Origin: Alphaproteobacteria bacterium
GTDB lineage: Bacteria > Pseudomonadota > Alphaproteobacteria > Bin95
Reading direction: 5' to 3'
Assembly (NCBI GenBank): GCA_965205265.1
Contig: CBDBGH010000003.1
Coordinates: 4,384,001 to 4,448,000 of the forward strand
DNA length: 64,000 nt
The stretch's first letter is position 1, and each line of letters begins with the position of its first letter. A program made the position numbers and the translations under genes. The notes below the pieces were generated by a model. It worked only from the letters and a program-made list of their open reading frames with translations, searched no databases and had not been told where the DNA came from. Positions 19,476-33,371 of the stretch are shown here, in pieces.

Positions 19476-20996
19476 ATGGCCCGCAACCTGCCCAACATCC
19501 TGCTGATCCAGGCGGACCAACTGAAACCCCAGATGCTGTCCGCATATGGAGGCCCGGCGCTGACGCCGCATCTCGACCGGCTCTCAGGGGAAGGCGCGGT
19601 TTTCGAGAACGCCTATTGCAACTTCCCGCTCTGCGCGCCCTCCCGCTTCTCCATGCTGGCCGGGATGCTGCCCTCGCGCGTGCGCGCCTTCGACAATGCC
19701 GCGGAGTTCGCCGCCGCCACGCCCACCATGGCGCATTACCTGCGGCTCGCCGGCTACCGCACCGCGCTCGCCGGCAAGCAGCATTTCGTCGGGCCGGACA
19801 TGCTGCACGGCTTCCATGAACGCCTCGTGCCGGAACTCTACCCGACCGATTTCCACTGGACGCCGGACTGGGACGAGACCCGCATGGAGTCGAACAACGA
19901 TTCGAGCGGCGTCATCCGCTCCGGCATCTGCGCGCAGAGCATGCAGATGGACCATGACGAGGCAGTCCTTGCCCGGTCGGCCGCATGGCTGCGGGACCGT
20001 TCGCGCCAACGGGACGGACAGCCCTTCTTCCTCGCGGTCTCCTTCACCCACCCCCATGAGCCTTATTTCGCCAAGCGCGAGCACTGGGCGCGCTACCGCC
20101 ACGAGGACATCCCGATGCCCGCGACGCCGCTCCCGCCGGAGCCGGAGCGCGACCTCCACAGCCGGCGTATGCTCGCCCATCACGGCCTGCTGGAAGGGGA
20201 CATTACGGACGCGCATGTGCGGACCGCCCGCCACGCCTATCTCGCCAATTGCTCCTGGCTCGACGACATGGTGGGGACGCTGCTGGCGGTGCTGGAGGCG
20301 GCGGGCTTCGCGAACGATACCGCGGTCCTGTTCACCTCCGACCACGGCGACATGCTCGGCGAGCGGGGCCTCTGGTTCAAGAAGCACTTTTTCGACCACG
20401 CGGCGCGGGTGCCGCTCATTCTGCACGCACCCGGCCGGTTCGCCGCCGCCCGCCGGTCCGAACCCGTCTCGCTGGTGGACCTGCTGCCGACGCTTTGCGG
20501 CCTCGCGGGCTTCGACCTTGCGGACCGCGCGCCCCGCCCGCCCGACGGCGCGAGCCTGCTGCCGCTTTGCGAAGATGCGGCCGCTGCCTGGAACCGGCCG
20601 GTGTTTGCGGAGATGACCTCCGAGGGCGTGCCCTCGCCGATGTTCATGGTCCGCAACGGGCGCTTCAAGCTCATGACCGGCGGCGGGGCACCCGACCTGC
20701 TCTTCGACCTCGAAGCCGACCCGGAAGAGCGGCGCGACCTCGCCGCCGACCCGGGCAGCGCCGATGCCCTCGCCGCGCTCCGCCTTCTTGCGGAAGAAAC
20801 CTGGGACGCGGCCGCGCTGGAGCATGAAATCCGCGCGAGCCAGCGTGAGCGCCGGCTCGTCCAGGCCGCGCATGGAAACGGCCCCGCGCCGCTCTGGGAC
20901 GCGCTCGAATCGGACCCCGTGCGGGCGTCCTGCCTCCGCGCGCCCGACGACTACAACGACTGGGCCTGGCGCGGAATCGAGCCCTCTGCTCCGTGA
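19476..20996 (+). CDS. betC: Choline sulfatase-like sulfatase
   Basis: PNILLIQADQL, PLCAPSR (CxPxR), GKQHFVGPD, YPTDFHWTPDW and SDHGDMLGERGLWFK. Confidence 0.78.
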   Translation: MARNLPNILLIQADQLKPQMLSAYGGPALTPHLDRLSGEGAVFENAYCNFPLCAPSRFSMLAGMLPSRVRAFDNAAEFAAATPTMAHYLRLAGYRTALAGKQHFVGPDMLHGFHERLVPELYPTDFHWTPDWDETRMESNNDSSGVIRSGICAQSMQMDHDEAVLARSAAWLRDRSRQRDGQPFFLAVSFTHPHEPYFAKREHWARYRHEDIPMPATPLPPEPERDLHSRRMLAHHGLLEGDITDAHVRTARHAYLANCSWLDDMVGTLLAVLEAAGFANDTAVLFTSDHGDMLGERGLWFKKHFFDHAARVPLILHAPGRFAAARRSEPVSLVDLLPTLCGLAGFDLADRAPRPPDGASLLPLCEDAAAAWNRPVFAEMTSEGVPSPMFMVRNGRFKLMTGGGAPDLLFDLEADPEERRDLAADPGSADALAALRLLAEETWDAAALEHEIRASQRERRLVQAAHGNGPAPLWDALESDPVRASCLRAPDDYNDWAWRGIEPSAP

Positions 20997-21087
20997 GCCT
21001 GCCGGCGCCTTCGCACAAGGTCGCCCTGCATGCAGTTTGTTGATTTGTTCCTCATTCGTGGTACATTGGGGACAGTGGGAGACTGCC

Positions 21088-21345
21088 ATGACGAAGACAG
21101 CCACGATTCGGGCCCGTGTAGAACCGGCGCTCAAGGAAGAGGCGGAAACGGTGTTTTCGCAATTGGGGCTTTCGGCAACCCAGGCGATCAGGCTGTTCTA
21201 CAGGCAGGTCACCCTGCAGCACGGGCTGCCCTTCGAGGTGAAAGTCCCCAATGCCGAGACGCGCGAGGCCCTTCGTCAAGCCGTTGAGCGCGAAGACCTT
21301 ACCGAATACGAAAGTCTGGACGCACTCAAGGCCGCACATCGCTGA
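21088..21345 (+). CDS. RelB/DinJ-family antitoxin
   Basis: MTKTATIRARV...GLPFEVKVPNAET; directly upstream of the toxin. Confidence 0.9.
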   Translation: MTKTATIRARVEPALKEEAETVFSQLGLSATQAIRLFYRQVTLQHGLPFEVKVPNAETREALRQAVEREDLTEYESLDALKAAHR

Positions 21346-21348
21346 AAC

Positions 21349-21615
21349 ATGCGGCTGCTCACGACGAAGCGGTTCGAGAGAGAAATCCGACGCTGTCGCC
21401 GACGCGGCAAGGACCTTGGGAAATTATGGTCCGTCGTGGACCGGCTTCTGTCCAGAGAGCCGCTGGAGCGGCGCCATCGCGCGCACCGCCTGTCCGGTGA
21501 ATGGTCCCGGTCCTGGGAATGCCACCTGGAACCCGACTGGCTCCTGGTCTGGCATGTCGATGACGACGCCCTCATCCTGACGCGGACCGGAACGCATTCG
21601 GACCTGTTCGGATGA
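21349..21615 (+). CDS. YafQ-family mRNA interferase toxin
   Basis: HRLSGEW, ECHLEPDWLL and RTGTHSDLF motifs. Confidence 0.92.
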   Translation: MRLLTTKRFEREIRRCRRRGKDLGKLWSVVDRLLSREPLERRHRAHRLSGEWSRSWECHLEPDWLLVWHVDDDALILTRTGTHSDLFG

Positions 21616-21650
21616 CGAAACTGCCGGATTCGCGCGTTCGTCGCCGACCG

Positions 21651-22496
21651 CTATGCCTCCGCGAATTCGAGCGGCACGCCGCAGGCGTCTTCCGGCGCGA
21701 CGCGAACCCAGCCGGTACTACCACCCGCAGGAGAAATACCGCCCTCGCCCAGTGCGCGCAGAACAGGCTCGATCGAAGGCACTTCGATCCTGAGGCCCAG
21801 ATAGAAGGGCCGCGCGGGCAGCGGGTCCGGCAGCGGCCCGTAGGGGCCGGCGCTTTCCGCCGCGTCTGCCGGCCTCGCCAGATAGACATGGCCCCGCCCG
21901 ACATCCAGTTTGCCGCCGGCCGCCGGCCGCCCCAGCAGCCGCGCCCAAGGCCCGGCCACCGCCTCGACATCGTTCACGACGGCAGCGGCGGCCACGAGGT
22001 TCTGCGCGCCGTTGGCGTGGTCCATCGAGCCCGGTGGGCGCATCAGTTCCGGCGTCTTGTGCCCGCAGAGAAAGGTGCCGAGGCCGCCCGTCTCCCCCTC
22101 CGGGATCTGGAGGTTGCGGAAGCGCACGATGGCGTCGGGCCGGTCGGTCAGCGGGCGCGCGAGATCGTCCGGCCCGGTCGGGGAGAAGCCTTGCGCCTCG
22201 ATGTCGGCGCGGGCGGCGTCGGCGTCCGGTGTGCCGAGCGCGATCTTCACAAGCCCTTCGCCGCGCGTGTCGAGGAATGCGCCGAGCCCCAGAGTGTCGA
22301 GATGTTCGGGCTCGTTGATGCCGAGCAGCTCCAGATAGCTGTCGGCGAACATGATGCAGTGGTTCGCCGTCGCCTTGCCGACATGGTTGCCGAGCGGAGC
22401 GGCGGTGAAGCCGAGACGCTCGAACTGTGCGCGCGCCGCGTCGAGGTCGCGGACGCCGATAATGGCATGGTCGATCCCCCGGATTGCATCGGTCAT
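21651..22496 (-). CDS. VOC/glyoxalase-like domain protein
   Basis: GIDHAIIGVRDL, LGF..., TANHCI and YLELL motifs. Confidence 0.82.
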   Translation of the reverse strand: MTDAIRGIDHAIIGVRDLDAARAQFERLGFTAAPLGNHVGKATANHCIMFADSYLELLGINEPEHLDTLGLGAFLDTRGEGLVKIALGTPDADAARADIEAQGFSPTGPDDLARPLTDRPDAIVRFRNLQIPEGETGGLGTFLCGHKTPELMRPPGSMDHANGAQNLVAAAAVVNDVEAVAGPWARLLGRPAAGGKLDVGRGHVYLARPADAAESAGPYGPLPDPLPARPFYLGLRIEVPSIEPVLRALGEGGISPAGGSTGWVRVAPEDACGVPLEFAEA

Positions 22497-22585
22497 GGGG
22501 TCTGGCCTCCTGTTTCCGTCCGTGCAGCCTGAATCCGGGACGAGCTTAGCGCAGGAGCCGGCCCGGTTTAATCGCCGGGCGGTCG

Positions 22586-22996
22586 TCAGCCGAGCAGCGG
22601 GTTGCGCGCGGCGAGGCCGGGAAAGCGGCCGAAATCGCGGTCGGCGGTCCAGAATTCCGTCACGCCATGCGCGATGCAGAGCGCGGCCACCCGCGCATCG
22701 TGGACCATCGGCCCCCGGATGCGCCCGGCGAGAAGCTGCTCCTTCAACACCGTCCAGTGCGCCCCGGTTTCGGCCAGCAGTTCCGCGACCGGGGATTCGA
22801 GCCAGGTATCCACCTGCTCCAGGGCTTCCGCCATCGAGGACGGCGGGTCGTAGATGTTCGGATGGCTCGCAATGGCAATGAATTCGTGGATGCACGGCCA
22901 GGGCAGCCCCCAGCGCACGCGTCCCTCGGCCAGTTCCCTTACGTGGAACCGGGCCGGCTCGTGCCATTCCGAATCGGCCCGGTGAGCGTAAACTAG
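22586..22996 (-). pseudogene. vapC: VapC PIN toxin, 3' fragment (interrupted by IS stack)
   Basis: LVYAHR...HEF...VHDARVAA...TADRDFGRF...NPL; joins in frame to the fragment at 30258-30285. Confidence 0.9.
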
Positions 22997-24176
22997 TATC
23001 CTGATCGAGAAGTTTATTAGAATAAGATTATCGGTTTTGATGGAGGGCTGACCGGTGGGGAGAGCAGCGGTCGCGATTACTTTGTCGGCAGCAGAACGAC
23101 GAGAGTTGGAGGGTTTGACGCGGCGTCGGAAGACGGCGCAGGGACTGGCGCGTCGGGCTCGGATTGTCCTGGCTGCTGCTGAGGGTCTGGAGAACAAGGC
23201 GATAGTTGCGCGCTTGGGAGCGGATGCGAATACGGTCGGCAAATGGCGGCGGCGTTTTGCCGAGCGCGGGCTTGACGGGCTCTATGACGAGCCGCGCCCG
23301 GGCGCTCCGCGCAAGATCGGTGACGAGGAGGTTGCGGAGGTCATTGCCCGCACCCTGGAAGAAACACCCCCCGACGGCACGCATTGGAGCCTGCGCTCGA
23401 TGGCGCGCGCTGCAGGCTATGCGCCCTCGACGATCCATCGCATCTGGCAGGCTTTCGGCCTGCAGCCGCATCGCTCGGAGACGTTCAAGCTGTCGTCGGA
23501 CCCACTGTTTGTGGAGAAGGTGCGGGACATTGTCGGCCTCTATCTCGACCCGCCCGAGCGCGCGCTGGTGCTCTGCGTCGATGAGAAGAGCCAGATCCAA
23601 GCTCTGGACCGCTCCCGCCCGCTGCTTCCCATGCGGCCGGGTCAGGTCGAGCGGCGTACTCATGACTACACGCGCCATGGCACCACCACGCTGTTCGCGG
23701 CGCTGGACATCGCCACCGGCCGGGTCATCGGCCAGTGCTTGCCGCGCCACCGCAGCCGGGAGTTCCTCAAGTTCCTGCGCACGCTCGAAGCCCAGGTCCC
23801 CGGCGAGCTCGACGTCCATCTGGTGATGGACAACTACGCAACCCACAAGACGCCCGCCGTCCGGCGTTGGCTGGCCCGGCATCCCCGCTGGCATGTCCAC
23901 TTCACGCCCACCGGCGCCTCCTGGCTCAACCAGGTCGAGCGCTTCTTCGCACTCTTGACCGAGAAACAGCTCAGGCGCGGGGTTCATCGCTCGCCCCAGG
24001 AACTCGAGCAGGCCATCCGGAACTACATCGACACCGTCAACGCCGACCCGCGACCCTTCCGCTGGACCAAATCCGCCGACGACATCCTTGCCACCATCAA
24101 GCGCTTCTGTCTGCGGACGCTGGAAACTGCCGAACGCCAGATGAAAATCATCAAAACTTCAGAATCAGGACACTAG
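22993..24176 (+). mobile_element. IS630-family element A, copy 1 (intact)
   Basis: CTAG-bounded; inverted repeats TAGTATCCTGATCGAGAAGTTT / TAGTGTCCTGATTCTGAAGTTT. Confidence 0.95.
23055..24176 (+). CDS. IS630 DDE transposase
   Basis: [17 protein letters not shown] and [10 protein letters not shown]; the stop codon is the TAG of the terminal CTAG. Confidence 0.95.
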   Translation: MGRAAVAITLSAAERRELEGLTRRRKTAQGLARRARIVLAAAEGLENKAIVARLGADANTVGKWRRRFAERGLDGLYDEPRPGAPRKIGDEEVAEVIARTLEETPPDGTHWSLRSMARAAGYAPSTIHRIWQAFGLQPHRSETFKLSSDPLFVEKVRDIVGLYLDPPERALVLCVDEKSQIQALDRSRPLLPMRPGQVERRTHDYTRHGTTTLFAALDIATGRVIGQCLPRHRSREFLKFLRTLEAQVPGELDVHLVMDNYATHKTPAVRRWLARHPRWHVHFTPTGASWLNQVERFFALLTEKQLRRGVHRSPQELEQAIRNYIDTVNADPRPFRWTKSADDILATIKRFCLRTLETAERQMKIIKTSESGH

Positions 24177-25230
24177 AGCGGAATCCGATCATGTTGCGGA
24201 GTATCCTGCGGCGTTGAAGTAGTTTTTGCATTCTTGCGGTGAGAAGGTCTGGGAGATTTGTCCGATGGTGTTCCAGAGGCTGTCGACAGTTCTCTCGGCA
24301 GCTTTTCGTAGCCTTGCCTTGAGCTTTGCGAAGGCGAGTTCGATGGGATTGAAGTCAGGGCTGTAGGGCGGCAGGAAGAGGAGTTGCGCGCCGGCGTTTT
24401 CGATCATCTTGCAAACCCTGGGTCCCTTGTGGCTTGAGAGGTTGTCCATGACGACGATATCGCCGGGCCTCAGTTCGGGGACGAGGACCACTTTGACGTA
24501 GGCCTCGAAGGCATCGCGGTCGATGGCGCCGGAGAGCACGAAGGGGGCAATCATGCCGCGCGGCGTGAGCCCGGCGACGAAGGTGGTTGTGTTCCAGTGT
24601 CCGTGAGGGACGGCCATGCGCAGACGTTTGCCGCGCGGGGCCCAGCCGTGGGTGCGGGCCATGTTGGTCTTGGCCCCTGTCTCATCGATGAACACCAGCC
24701 GGTCGGGGTCGAGGCCGGGCTGGCTGTCGCGCCAGGTGCGCCGTCGGCTCAGCACGTCCGGGCGATCCTGCTCCGCCGCCTGGCCGGTCTTTTTTTGCGC
24801 GTGATGGCGTGGCGCACGAGGAAGCGCTGTATCGCCCCGTAGCTGAAGGCGAGGCCCCGGTCCCCGAGAGCCGCGCGCAACTCCTCGATGGTCATGTCCC
24901 GCTTCTCCTCAAGAAGACCCAGGATCACATCGCGCTGCGCTTCGATCCGCCCCGAGCGACGGTCCCCGCCAAGCGCCTTCGGGCGCGCGTCTCCCTGTTC
25001 GCGCGCCAGCGCACGCCAGCGGCTCACGCTCGCCGCACTCACCCCAAAACGCGCACCGGCCGCTCTATGGCTCATGCCCGCACATACCGCCGACAGAACC
25101 CGATTACGAAGATCAAGGGAAAGCGCTTTCGGCATCTCAGCCGGCCTCCTCATCCCGGCCGACATCTTGAATCACAAATCCTCCGCCCCGTGAATCCCCC
25201 TCGATTCAATCAGGTCAGATCATGCTCTAG
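24173..25230 (-). mobile_element. IS630-family element B (two ORFs, -1 frameshift)
   Basis: Both ends begin CTAGAGC. OrfA from 25135 (MPKALSLDLR) and OrfB to 24189 ([22 protein letters not shown]); A7G slippery site at 24789-24796. Confidence 0.93.
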
Positions 25231-26254
25231 TGTCCTGATTCTGAAGTTTTGATGATTTTCATCTGGCGTTCGGCAGTTTCCAGCGTCCGCAGACAGAAGC
25301 GCTTGATGGTGGCAAGGATGTCGTCGGCGGATTTGGTCCAGCGGAAGGGTCGCGGGTCGGCGTTGACGGTGTCGATGTAGTTCCGGATGGCCTGCTCGAG
25401 TTCCTGGGGCGAGCGATGAACCCCGCGCCTGAGCTGTTTCTCGGTCAAGAGTGCGAAGAAGCGCTCGACCTGGTTGAGCCAGGAGGCGCCGGTGGGCGTG
25501 AAGTGGACATGCCAGCGGGGATGCCGGGCCAGCCAACGCCGGACGGCGGGCGTCTTGTGGGTTGCGTAGTTGTCCATCACCAGATGGACGTCGAGTTCGC
25601 CGGGGACCTGGGCTTCGAGCGTGCGCAGGAACTTGAGGAACTCCCGGCTGCGGTGGCGCGGCAAGCACTGGCCGATGACCCGGCCGGTGGCGATGTCCAG
25701 CGCCGCGAACAGCGTGGTGGTGCCATGGCGCGTGTAGTCATGAGTACGCCGCTCGACCTGACCCGGCCGCATGGGAAGCAGCGGGCGGGAGCGGTCCAGA
25801 GCTTGGATCTGGCTCTTCTCATCGACGCAGAGCACCAGCGCGCGCTCGGGCGGGTCGAGATAGAGGCCGACAATGTCCCGCACCTTCTCCACAAACAGTG
25901 GGTCCGACGACAGCTTGAACGTCTCCGAGCGATGCGGCTGCAGGCCGAAAGCCTGCCAGATGCGATGGATCGTCGAGGGCGCATAGCCTGCAGTATAGCG
26001 CGACAATCTGGGTGAGAGCCGCGCGTCAATCAGGATGAGATTCCCCGGCGGCATCGGCGAGTTGATGATTGTCGCGCGGGGCGCGGATTGCAAGCGGTTT
26101 CGGATTTTGATTGTCGCGGCGCGACAAACAAGGTTTTCGGAGAGCGTTTTGATTGTCGCGGGGGGGCCGTCGGGTCGGAGAAGAGACGGCCCGCGGAGGC
26201 GATTCCCGCGGGCCGTGAGTGTTGTGGCCGCTGGGCCGATCTGGCGGCAGCGGT

Positions 26255-28602
<2,348 letters not shown>

Positions 28603-29203
28603 CTACTCGGAAAAACGTCACCGTTCGCCCAGCCGACCGACCCCGCCAGAAGGTCCAGGAAAAATTTTTTGAGGCGGCGGCCCGGAACTCCGGTCGGGCT
28701 ACGCCCTCCCTCCGTTCCGGGCCGCCGCCTTCCCCCGTCTCATCCTGATTGTCGCCAGCGTCTCAAGCTGATTGTCGCGCCGCACTGCAGCGCGCGCCAT
28801 CGAGCGCAGGCTCCAATGCGTGCCGTCGGGGGGTGTTTCTTCCAGGGTGCGGGCAATGACCTCCGCAACCTCCTCGTCACCGATCTTGCGCGGAGCGCCC
28901 GGGCGCGGCTCGTCATAGAGCCCGTCAAGCCCGCGCTCGGCAAAACGCCGCCGCCATTTGCCGACCGTATTCGCATCCGCTCCCAAGCGCGCAACTATCG
29001 CCTTGTTCTCCAGACCCTCAGCAGCAGCCAGGACAATCCGAGCCCGACGCGCCAGTCCCTGCGCCGTCTTCCGACGCCGCGCCAAACCCTCCAACTCTCG
29101 TCGTTCTGCTGCCGACAAAGTAATCGCGACCGCTGCTCTCCCCACCGGTCAGCCCTCCATCAAAACCGATAATCTTATTCTAATAAACTTCTCGATCAGG
29201 ATA

Positions 29204-30261
29204 CTAGAGCAGATTCGTTTCATTTGGGTTCATATCCGCATGCAGTGAAGAAGCTTCGGGCGTCCTGTGGAGTGACAGCATCGATGGCGTCGCGGATCGC
29301 ATCCCAGAGCGTATGGACGGAGCGTGCTGCGGCCTTTTTCAGGAGAGCCTTGATTTTGGAGAAGGCCATCTCGATGGGGTTGAAGTCGGGGCTGTAGGGC
29401 GGCAGGAACAGGATGCCGGCGCCTGTGGCCTCGATAGCTTCTCGGATGGCGATGGGCTTGTGGGCCGGCAGATTGTCGAGGATGACGGTGTCGCTTGGCC
29501 TCAGGGTCGGGGCCAGGACCTGTTCGACATAGGCAAGGAAGGCTGCCCCGGTCATCGCCCCATCGATGGTCATGGGGGCGAGGATGCCGTCGAGCGTGAG
29601 GCCGGCGACCAAAGTGGTGGTCTTCCAGTGACCATGGGGGACGGGAGCGCGGCAACGCTCGCCCCTGGGAGCCCGGCCATACATGCGGGCCATCTTGGTC
29701 GAGGTCCCGCTTTCGTCGATGAAGATCAGGCGCTCGGGGTCGAGCCCGGGCTGGTCTTCGAACCAGGCCTGACGCCGGCGTGCGACGTCCGGTCGGTCCT
29801 GCTCGGCAGCATGGGCCGTCTTTTTTTGCGCGTGATGCCGCGACGCTTGAAGAACCCATGCACCACGCTGGGCGGCGGCCGGTAGCCGACCGCCTCCTCA
29901 AGCCTGGCCGCGATCTCCTGGAGGGTCAGGTCGGGCTCCACCTCAACCCACCCCATGATCAGATCGCCGTGACCCTCAATGCGCCCTGGACGGCTACCGC
30001 CGCGTGGCTTCGGCGAGAGGTCGCCTGTCAGGCGCGATTGGCTCACCCAGCGGATCGCAGACGACACCCCGACGCCAAAACGCGCCGCAGCCTGCCGACG
30101 CGACATCCCGGACTCAACCGCTGCAACCACGCGCCGACGAAGATCAACAGAAAGAGACTGCGCCATGCGAGCTGGCCTCCTTCACCAGCCCCCATCGTGA
30201 ATCACATAATCCGCCAATTGGGAATCCCTCAACGATTCAATCGCCCGCGAATTCGCTCTAG
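29204..30261 (-). mobile_element. IS630-family element C (two ORFs, -1 frameshift)
   Basis: CTAGAGC ends. OrfA from 30166 (MAQSLSVDLR) and OrfB to 29220 ([17 protein letters not shown]); A7G at 29820-29827. Confidence 0.93.
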
Positions 30262-30285
30262 AATGTTGGTGTCGACGGCGATCAA
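30258..30285 (-). pseudogene. vapC: VapC PIN toxin, 5' fragment
   Basis: TTG ATC GCC GTC GAC ACC AAC ATT CTA G = MIAVDTNIL; TTG overlaps the antitoxin TGA. Confidence 0.88.
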
Positions 30286-30527
30286 CTGCCCCGCCCGTCA
30301 TAGGCGGCATCGCGGACGCGTTCCCAGCCCGCATCCCGGAACGCCGCCTGCAACCCCCTGCCGCTGACGCTTGCGTCCCGCAGCGCGAACGGCCGGGGCT
30401 CCTGCCCGGCGCGCAACACTTCGCGCAATCCGCGTTCGACCACTGAACGGAAGGTCGCGCCTTCCCGAGCCATATACGCCCTCACCTCTTCGGCGAGGCC
30501 GTCGGAAATTTCCACCGTAGTCTTCAT
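30282..30527 (-). CDS. vapB: VapB-type ribbon-helix-helix antitoxin
   Basis: MKTTVEISDGL...VVERGLR; coupled to the vapC start. Confidence 0.85.
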   Translation of the reverse strand: MKTTVEISDGLAEEVRAYMAREGATFRSVVERGLREVLRAGQEPRPFALRDASVSGRGLQAAFRDAGWERVRDAAYDGRGS

Positions 30528-30549
30528 ACCGTAGCTCCGCAGTCATGAA

Positions 30550-30563
30550 TATGGGTTCCCATA
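30550..30563. promoter_or_regulatory. Putative vapBC autoregulatory operator
   Basis: Palindrome TATGGG-TT-CCCATA about 22 bp upstream of vapB. Confidence 0.5.
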
Positions 30564-30609
30564 CAACATGGTGCGGATGGATGGCGTCAAGTATGCCGTT
30601 TCGCCGCCC

Positions 30610-32157
30610 TCAAGGCCGCATGCGGAAGTAGCTGGGGCCTGTTTCCCGAAGCGGGGCGGAGAGGTTGGCGAATTCGCAGAGCAGCGGGCGGGTGTTGCGC
30701 GGGTCCACGATCTCCTCGATCCAGAAGGTCTCCGCCGAGCGGAAGGGCGAGCGCAGCTTCTCCAGCCGCTCCTCGATCTCGGCGAGCCTGGCGTCCGGGT
30801 CCTCGGCCTCGTCGAGGTCCGCCCGGTAGGCCGCCTCGATGCCGCCTTCCAGCGGCAGCGAACCCCAGAAGCCCGAGGGCCAGGCATAGCGGTAGGAGAG
30901 CCGCCCGCCGTTCTGGTGCGCCGCGCCCGCCACGCCGAAGACATTGCGCAGGATCACCGCGCACCAGGGGATGGTGGTCTGCCAGATCGCCGACATCGCC
31001 TCGACGCCGTAGCGGATCGTCGCCTCGCGCTCGGACTTCGAGCCGATCAGGAAGCCCGGGCAATCGACCAGATAGACCATCGGCAGGTGGAAGGTCTGGG
31101 CGAGATCGACGAAGCGGCGCACCTTGCGGCAGGCGTCCGCCGTCCAGCCGCCGCCGAAGAAATAGGGGTCCGACGCCATCACCGCCACGGGCCAGCCGTC
31201 GAGCCGCGCGAAGCCGGTGGCGACCGACCGGCCCCATTCCCGCCCGAACTCGAAGAAGCTGCCCCGGTCCACCACCGCCTCGACGATGGGGCGCACGCGA
31301 TAGACCTTGCGCCGGTCGCGCGGCACGGCCTCCAGCAGCCAGTCCTCGCGCCTTTCGGGGTCGTCGGTCTGCGGGCCCTGCTCGGCGAGGCTGTCGATGG
31401 AGGAGGGCAGGTAGGAGAGGAACCGGCGCGCGAGGTCGAAGGCGTGCTCCTCGCTGTCGGCCGCATAGTCGATGGCGCCGTTGCGCGCATGGATCTTCCA
31501 GCCGCCGAGCTCCTGCTTGTCGAGCTTCTCGCCGAGGCGCTCGACCACGGGCGGGCCGGCGACGAACAGCGCCGCCTGCTTCTTGACCAGCACGGAGAAA
31601 TGCGCCGCCGCCAGATGTGCCGCGCCAAGCCCCGCCACGGAGCCCAGGCCCAGCGCCACGCGCGGCACGGTCCCCATGTTCTCGACCACCCATTCCCAGC
31701 CCTTGACGCCGGGCACGTTCGAGCGGCCCTCGGTCTCGATGGTCTTGACCGAGCCGCCGCCGCCCGAGCCCTCCACCATGCGCACCAGCGGCAGGCGAAG
31801 CTGGTTCGCCATCTGCTCGCACATGATGTGCTTTTCCTTGATGGTGGCGTCGGCCGAGCCGCCGCGCACGGTGAAGTCGTCGCCGCCGACGACAACCGGC
31901 CGCCCGTCGAGGCGCGCGCGGCCGAAGACGAAGTTGGACGGCAGCAGGTGTTCGAGGTCGTTGCGGCCGTCATAGCTTGCCAGCCCCGCAATCGCGCCGA
32001 TCTCGTGGAAGCTGCCGTCATCGACCAGCGCCGCGATCCGCTCGCGGACATTGAGCCGCCCGCCGTCGCGCTGGCGCCTGACGCGCATCTCGCCGCCGAG
32101 CTTGAGCGCGAAGGCTTCGCGGCGGCGCAATTCGTCGAGTTCGGGCTGCCAGTTCAT
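30610..32157 (-). CDS. Acyl-CoA carboxylase carboxyltransferase subunit
   Basis: DDFTVRGGS, LFVAGPPVV, GFARLDG, VDCPGF and IVDPRNTR motifs. Confidence 0.9.
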   Translation of the reverse strand: MNWQPELDELRRREAFALKLGGEMRVRRQRDGGRLNVRERIAALVDDGSFHEIGAIAGLASYDGRNDLEHLLPSNFVFGRARLDGRPVVVGGDDFTVRGGSADATIKEKHIMCEQMANQLRLPLVRMVEGSGGGGSVKTIETEGRSNVPGVKGWEWVVENMGTVPRVALGLGSVAGLGAAHLAAAHFSVLVKKQAALFVAGPPVVERLGEKLDKQELGGWKIHARNGAIDYAADSEEHAFDLARRFLSYLPSSIDSLAEQGPQTDDPERREDWLLEAVPRDRRKVYRVRPIVEAVVDRGSFFEFGREWGRSVATGFARLDGWPVAVMASDPYFFGGGWTADACRKVRRFVDLAQTFHLPMVYLVDCPGFLIGSKSEREATIRYGVEAMSAIWQTTIPWCAVILRNVFGVAGAAHQNGGRLSYRYAWPSGFWGSLPLEGGIEAAYRADLDEAEDPDARLAEIEERLEKLRSPFRSAETFWIEEIVDPRNTRPLLCEFANLSAPLRETGPSYFRMRP

Positions 32158-32282
32158 GGCCGGATTCCTGCTGTTCTTTGTCTCGTTCCGGGCCGGATGC
32201 TACCCTGTCCCGCGCTTCGTTGGCGAGGGCGTCCCCGGGGCGTCGTAGAGGCGCAGCATCCTGCCAACCGGGGGCGGCCTCC

Positions 32283-33371
32283 ATGCGACTTCTCCTCTAC
32301 CGGCCCGACCGTGAGCGCCTTGCCGCCGATCTGCGGGCGTTTCCGGGCCTCGATATCGCCGTCATGGACGACGGAAAGGCCGTTTGCGGCGCGGACGGAC
32401 GGGCGATCGACCGCCATGCCGTCGCGCCCGAAGCCGCCTATACCTCCAGCGGCCTCTACACGCACGGCCCGGTGCGCGCCTTCTTCGGCGTGCTCCGCCA
32501 TGCGGGGACTCTGCGCTGGCTGCAATCCGGCGCCGCAGGCCACGACGCGCCGGTCTTCCCGCTGCTGGCGCGCGGGGGCGCCGTCATCTGCAACAGCGAC
32601 GCCGCCGCGCCGGCGGTGGCGGACTATGTGCTGGCCGGCGTCATGGCGGCGTTCCACCGGATGCACGAGCGGCGGGAGCAGCAAAGCGGGCGACTGTGGC
32701 GGCGGGTGGAATTCCGGGAGATGGCCGATACGCGCTGGCTGGTGGTTGGCATGGGCCATATCGGCAGGGCGGTAGCGCAGCGCGCGCGAGGCTTCGACGC
32801 CCATGTGACGGGCGTGCGCCGACGGCCTGCGGGCGACGAGCCGGCCGACGCCATGATCGGGCCGTCGGCGCTCGCCTCCGCACTGCCGGACTCCGATGTC
32901 GTCGTATTGACCGCGCCGCTGACGGAGGAGACGCGCGGCATGGTCGATGCGGCGTTCCTCGACCGAATGAAGGAAGGCTCCATGCTGGTGAATGTCGCGC
33001 GCGGCGGGCTGGTGGACGAGCGCGCGCTCCTGGCTGCGCTCGACCGGGGCCGCCCGGCGCATGCGGTGCTGGACGTATTCGAGGAGGAACCGCTGCCCGC
33101 ATGGAGCCGCTTCTGGTCTCATCCGCGCGTCGCTATGACCGCGCATTGCGCCGGTGCCTCTCCCGGCACTGTCCGGCGCAACGACGCGCTCTTCCTCGAC
33201 AATCTGGAGCGCTTCCTCGCCGGCAGGCCGCTCAGAATGCGGATCGACCCGGCGCTGCTGGCCGGCGGGGCCGGGCAGGAACCGGGCCGCCTTCAGTCCT
33301 CGGTCCAGACGGCGAGCTCGTTGCCGTCGGGATCGGCGAAGTGGAAGCGCCGCCCGCCGGGGAAATCGTAA
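32283..33371 (+). CDS. D-2-hydroxyacid dehydrogenase family protein
   Basis: GMGHIG, LVNVARG, LDVFEEEPLP and TAH; 3' end overlaps the convergent VOC gene. Confidence 0.88.
   Translation: MRLLLYRPDRERLAADLRAFPGLDIAVMDDGKAVCGADGRAIDRHAVAPEAAYTSSGLYTHGPVRAFFGVLRHAGTLRWLQSGAAGHDAPVFPLLARGGAVICNSDAAAPAVADYVLAGVMAAFHRMHERREQQSGRLWRRVEFREMADTRWLVVGMGHIGRAVAQRARGFDAHVTGVRRRPAGDEPADAMIGPSALASALPDSDVVVLTAPLTEETRGMVDAAFLDRMKEGSMLVNVARGGLVDERALLAALDRGRPAHAVLDVFEEEPLPAWSRFWSHPRVAMTAHCAGASPGTVRRNDALFLDNLERFLAGRPLRMRIDPALLAGGAGQEPGRLQSSVQTASSLPSGSAKWKRRPPGKS

Noticed and set aside
22586-23242. 218-aa ORF reading from the IS630 antisense strand into the vapC 3' part
   Set aside because: Chance in-frame junction; it lacks the N-terminal catalytic Asp of the PIN domain.
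26060-26165. Regularly spaced GATTGTCGCG repeats resembling a mini-CRISPR
   Set aside because: Repeats are too short, there are no cas genes, and they are explained as IS21 subterminal transposase-binding sites.
33293-33371. Convergent 3' overlaps (also 45508-45545)
   Set aside because: Common in GC-rich genomes; no evidence of function.
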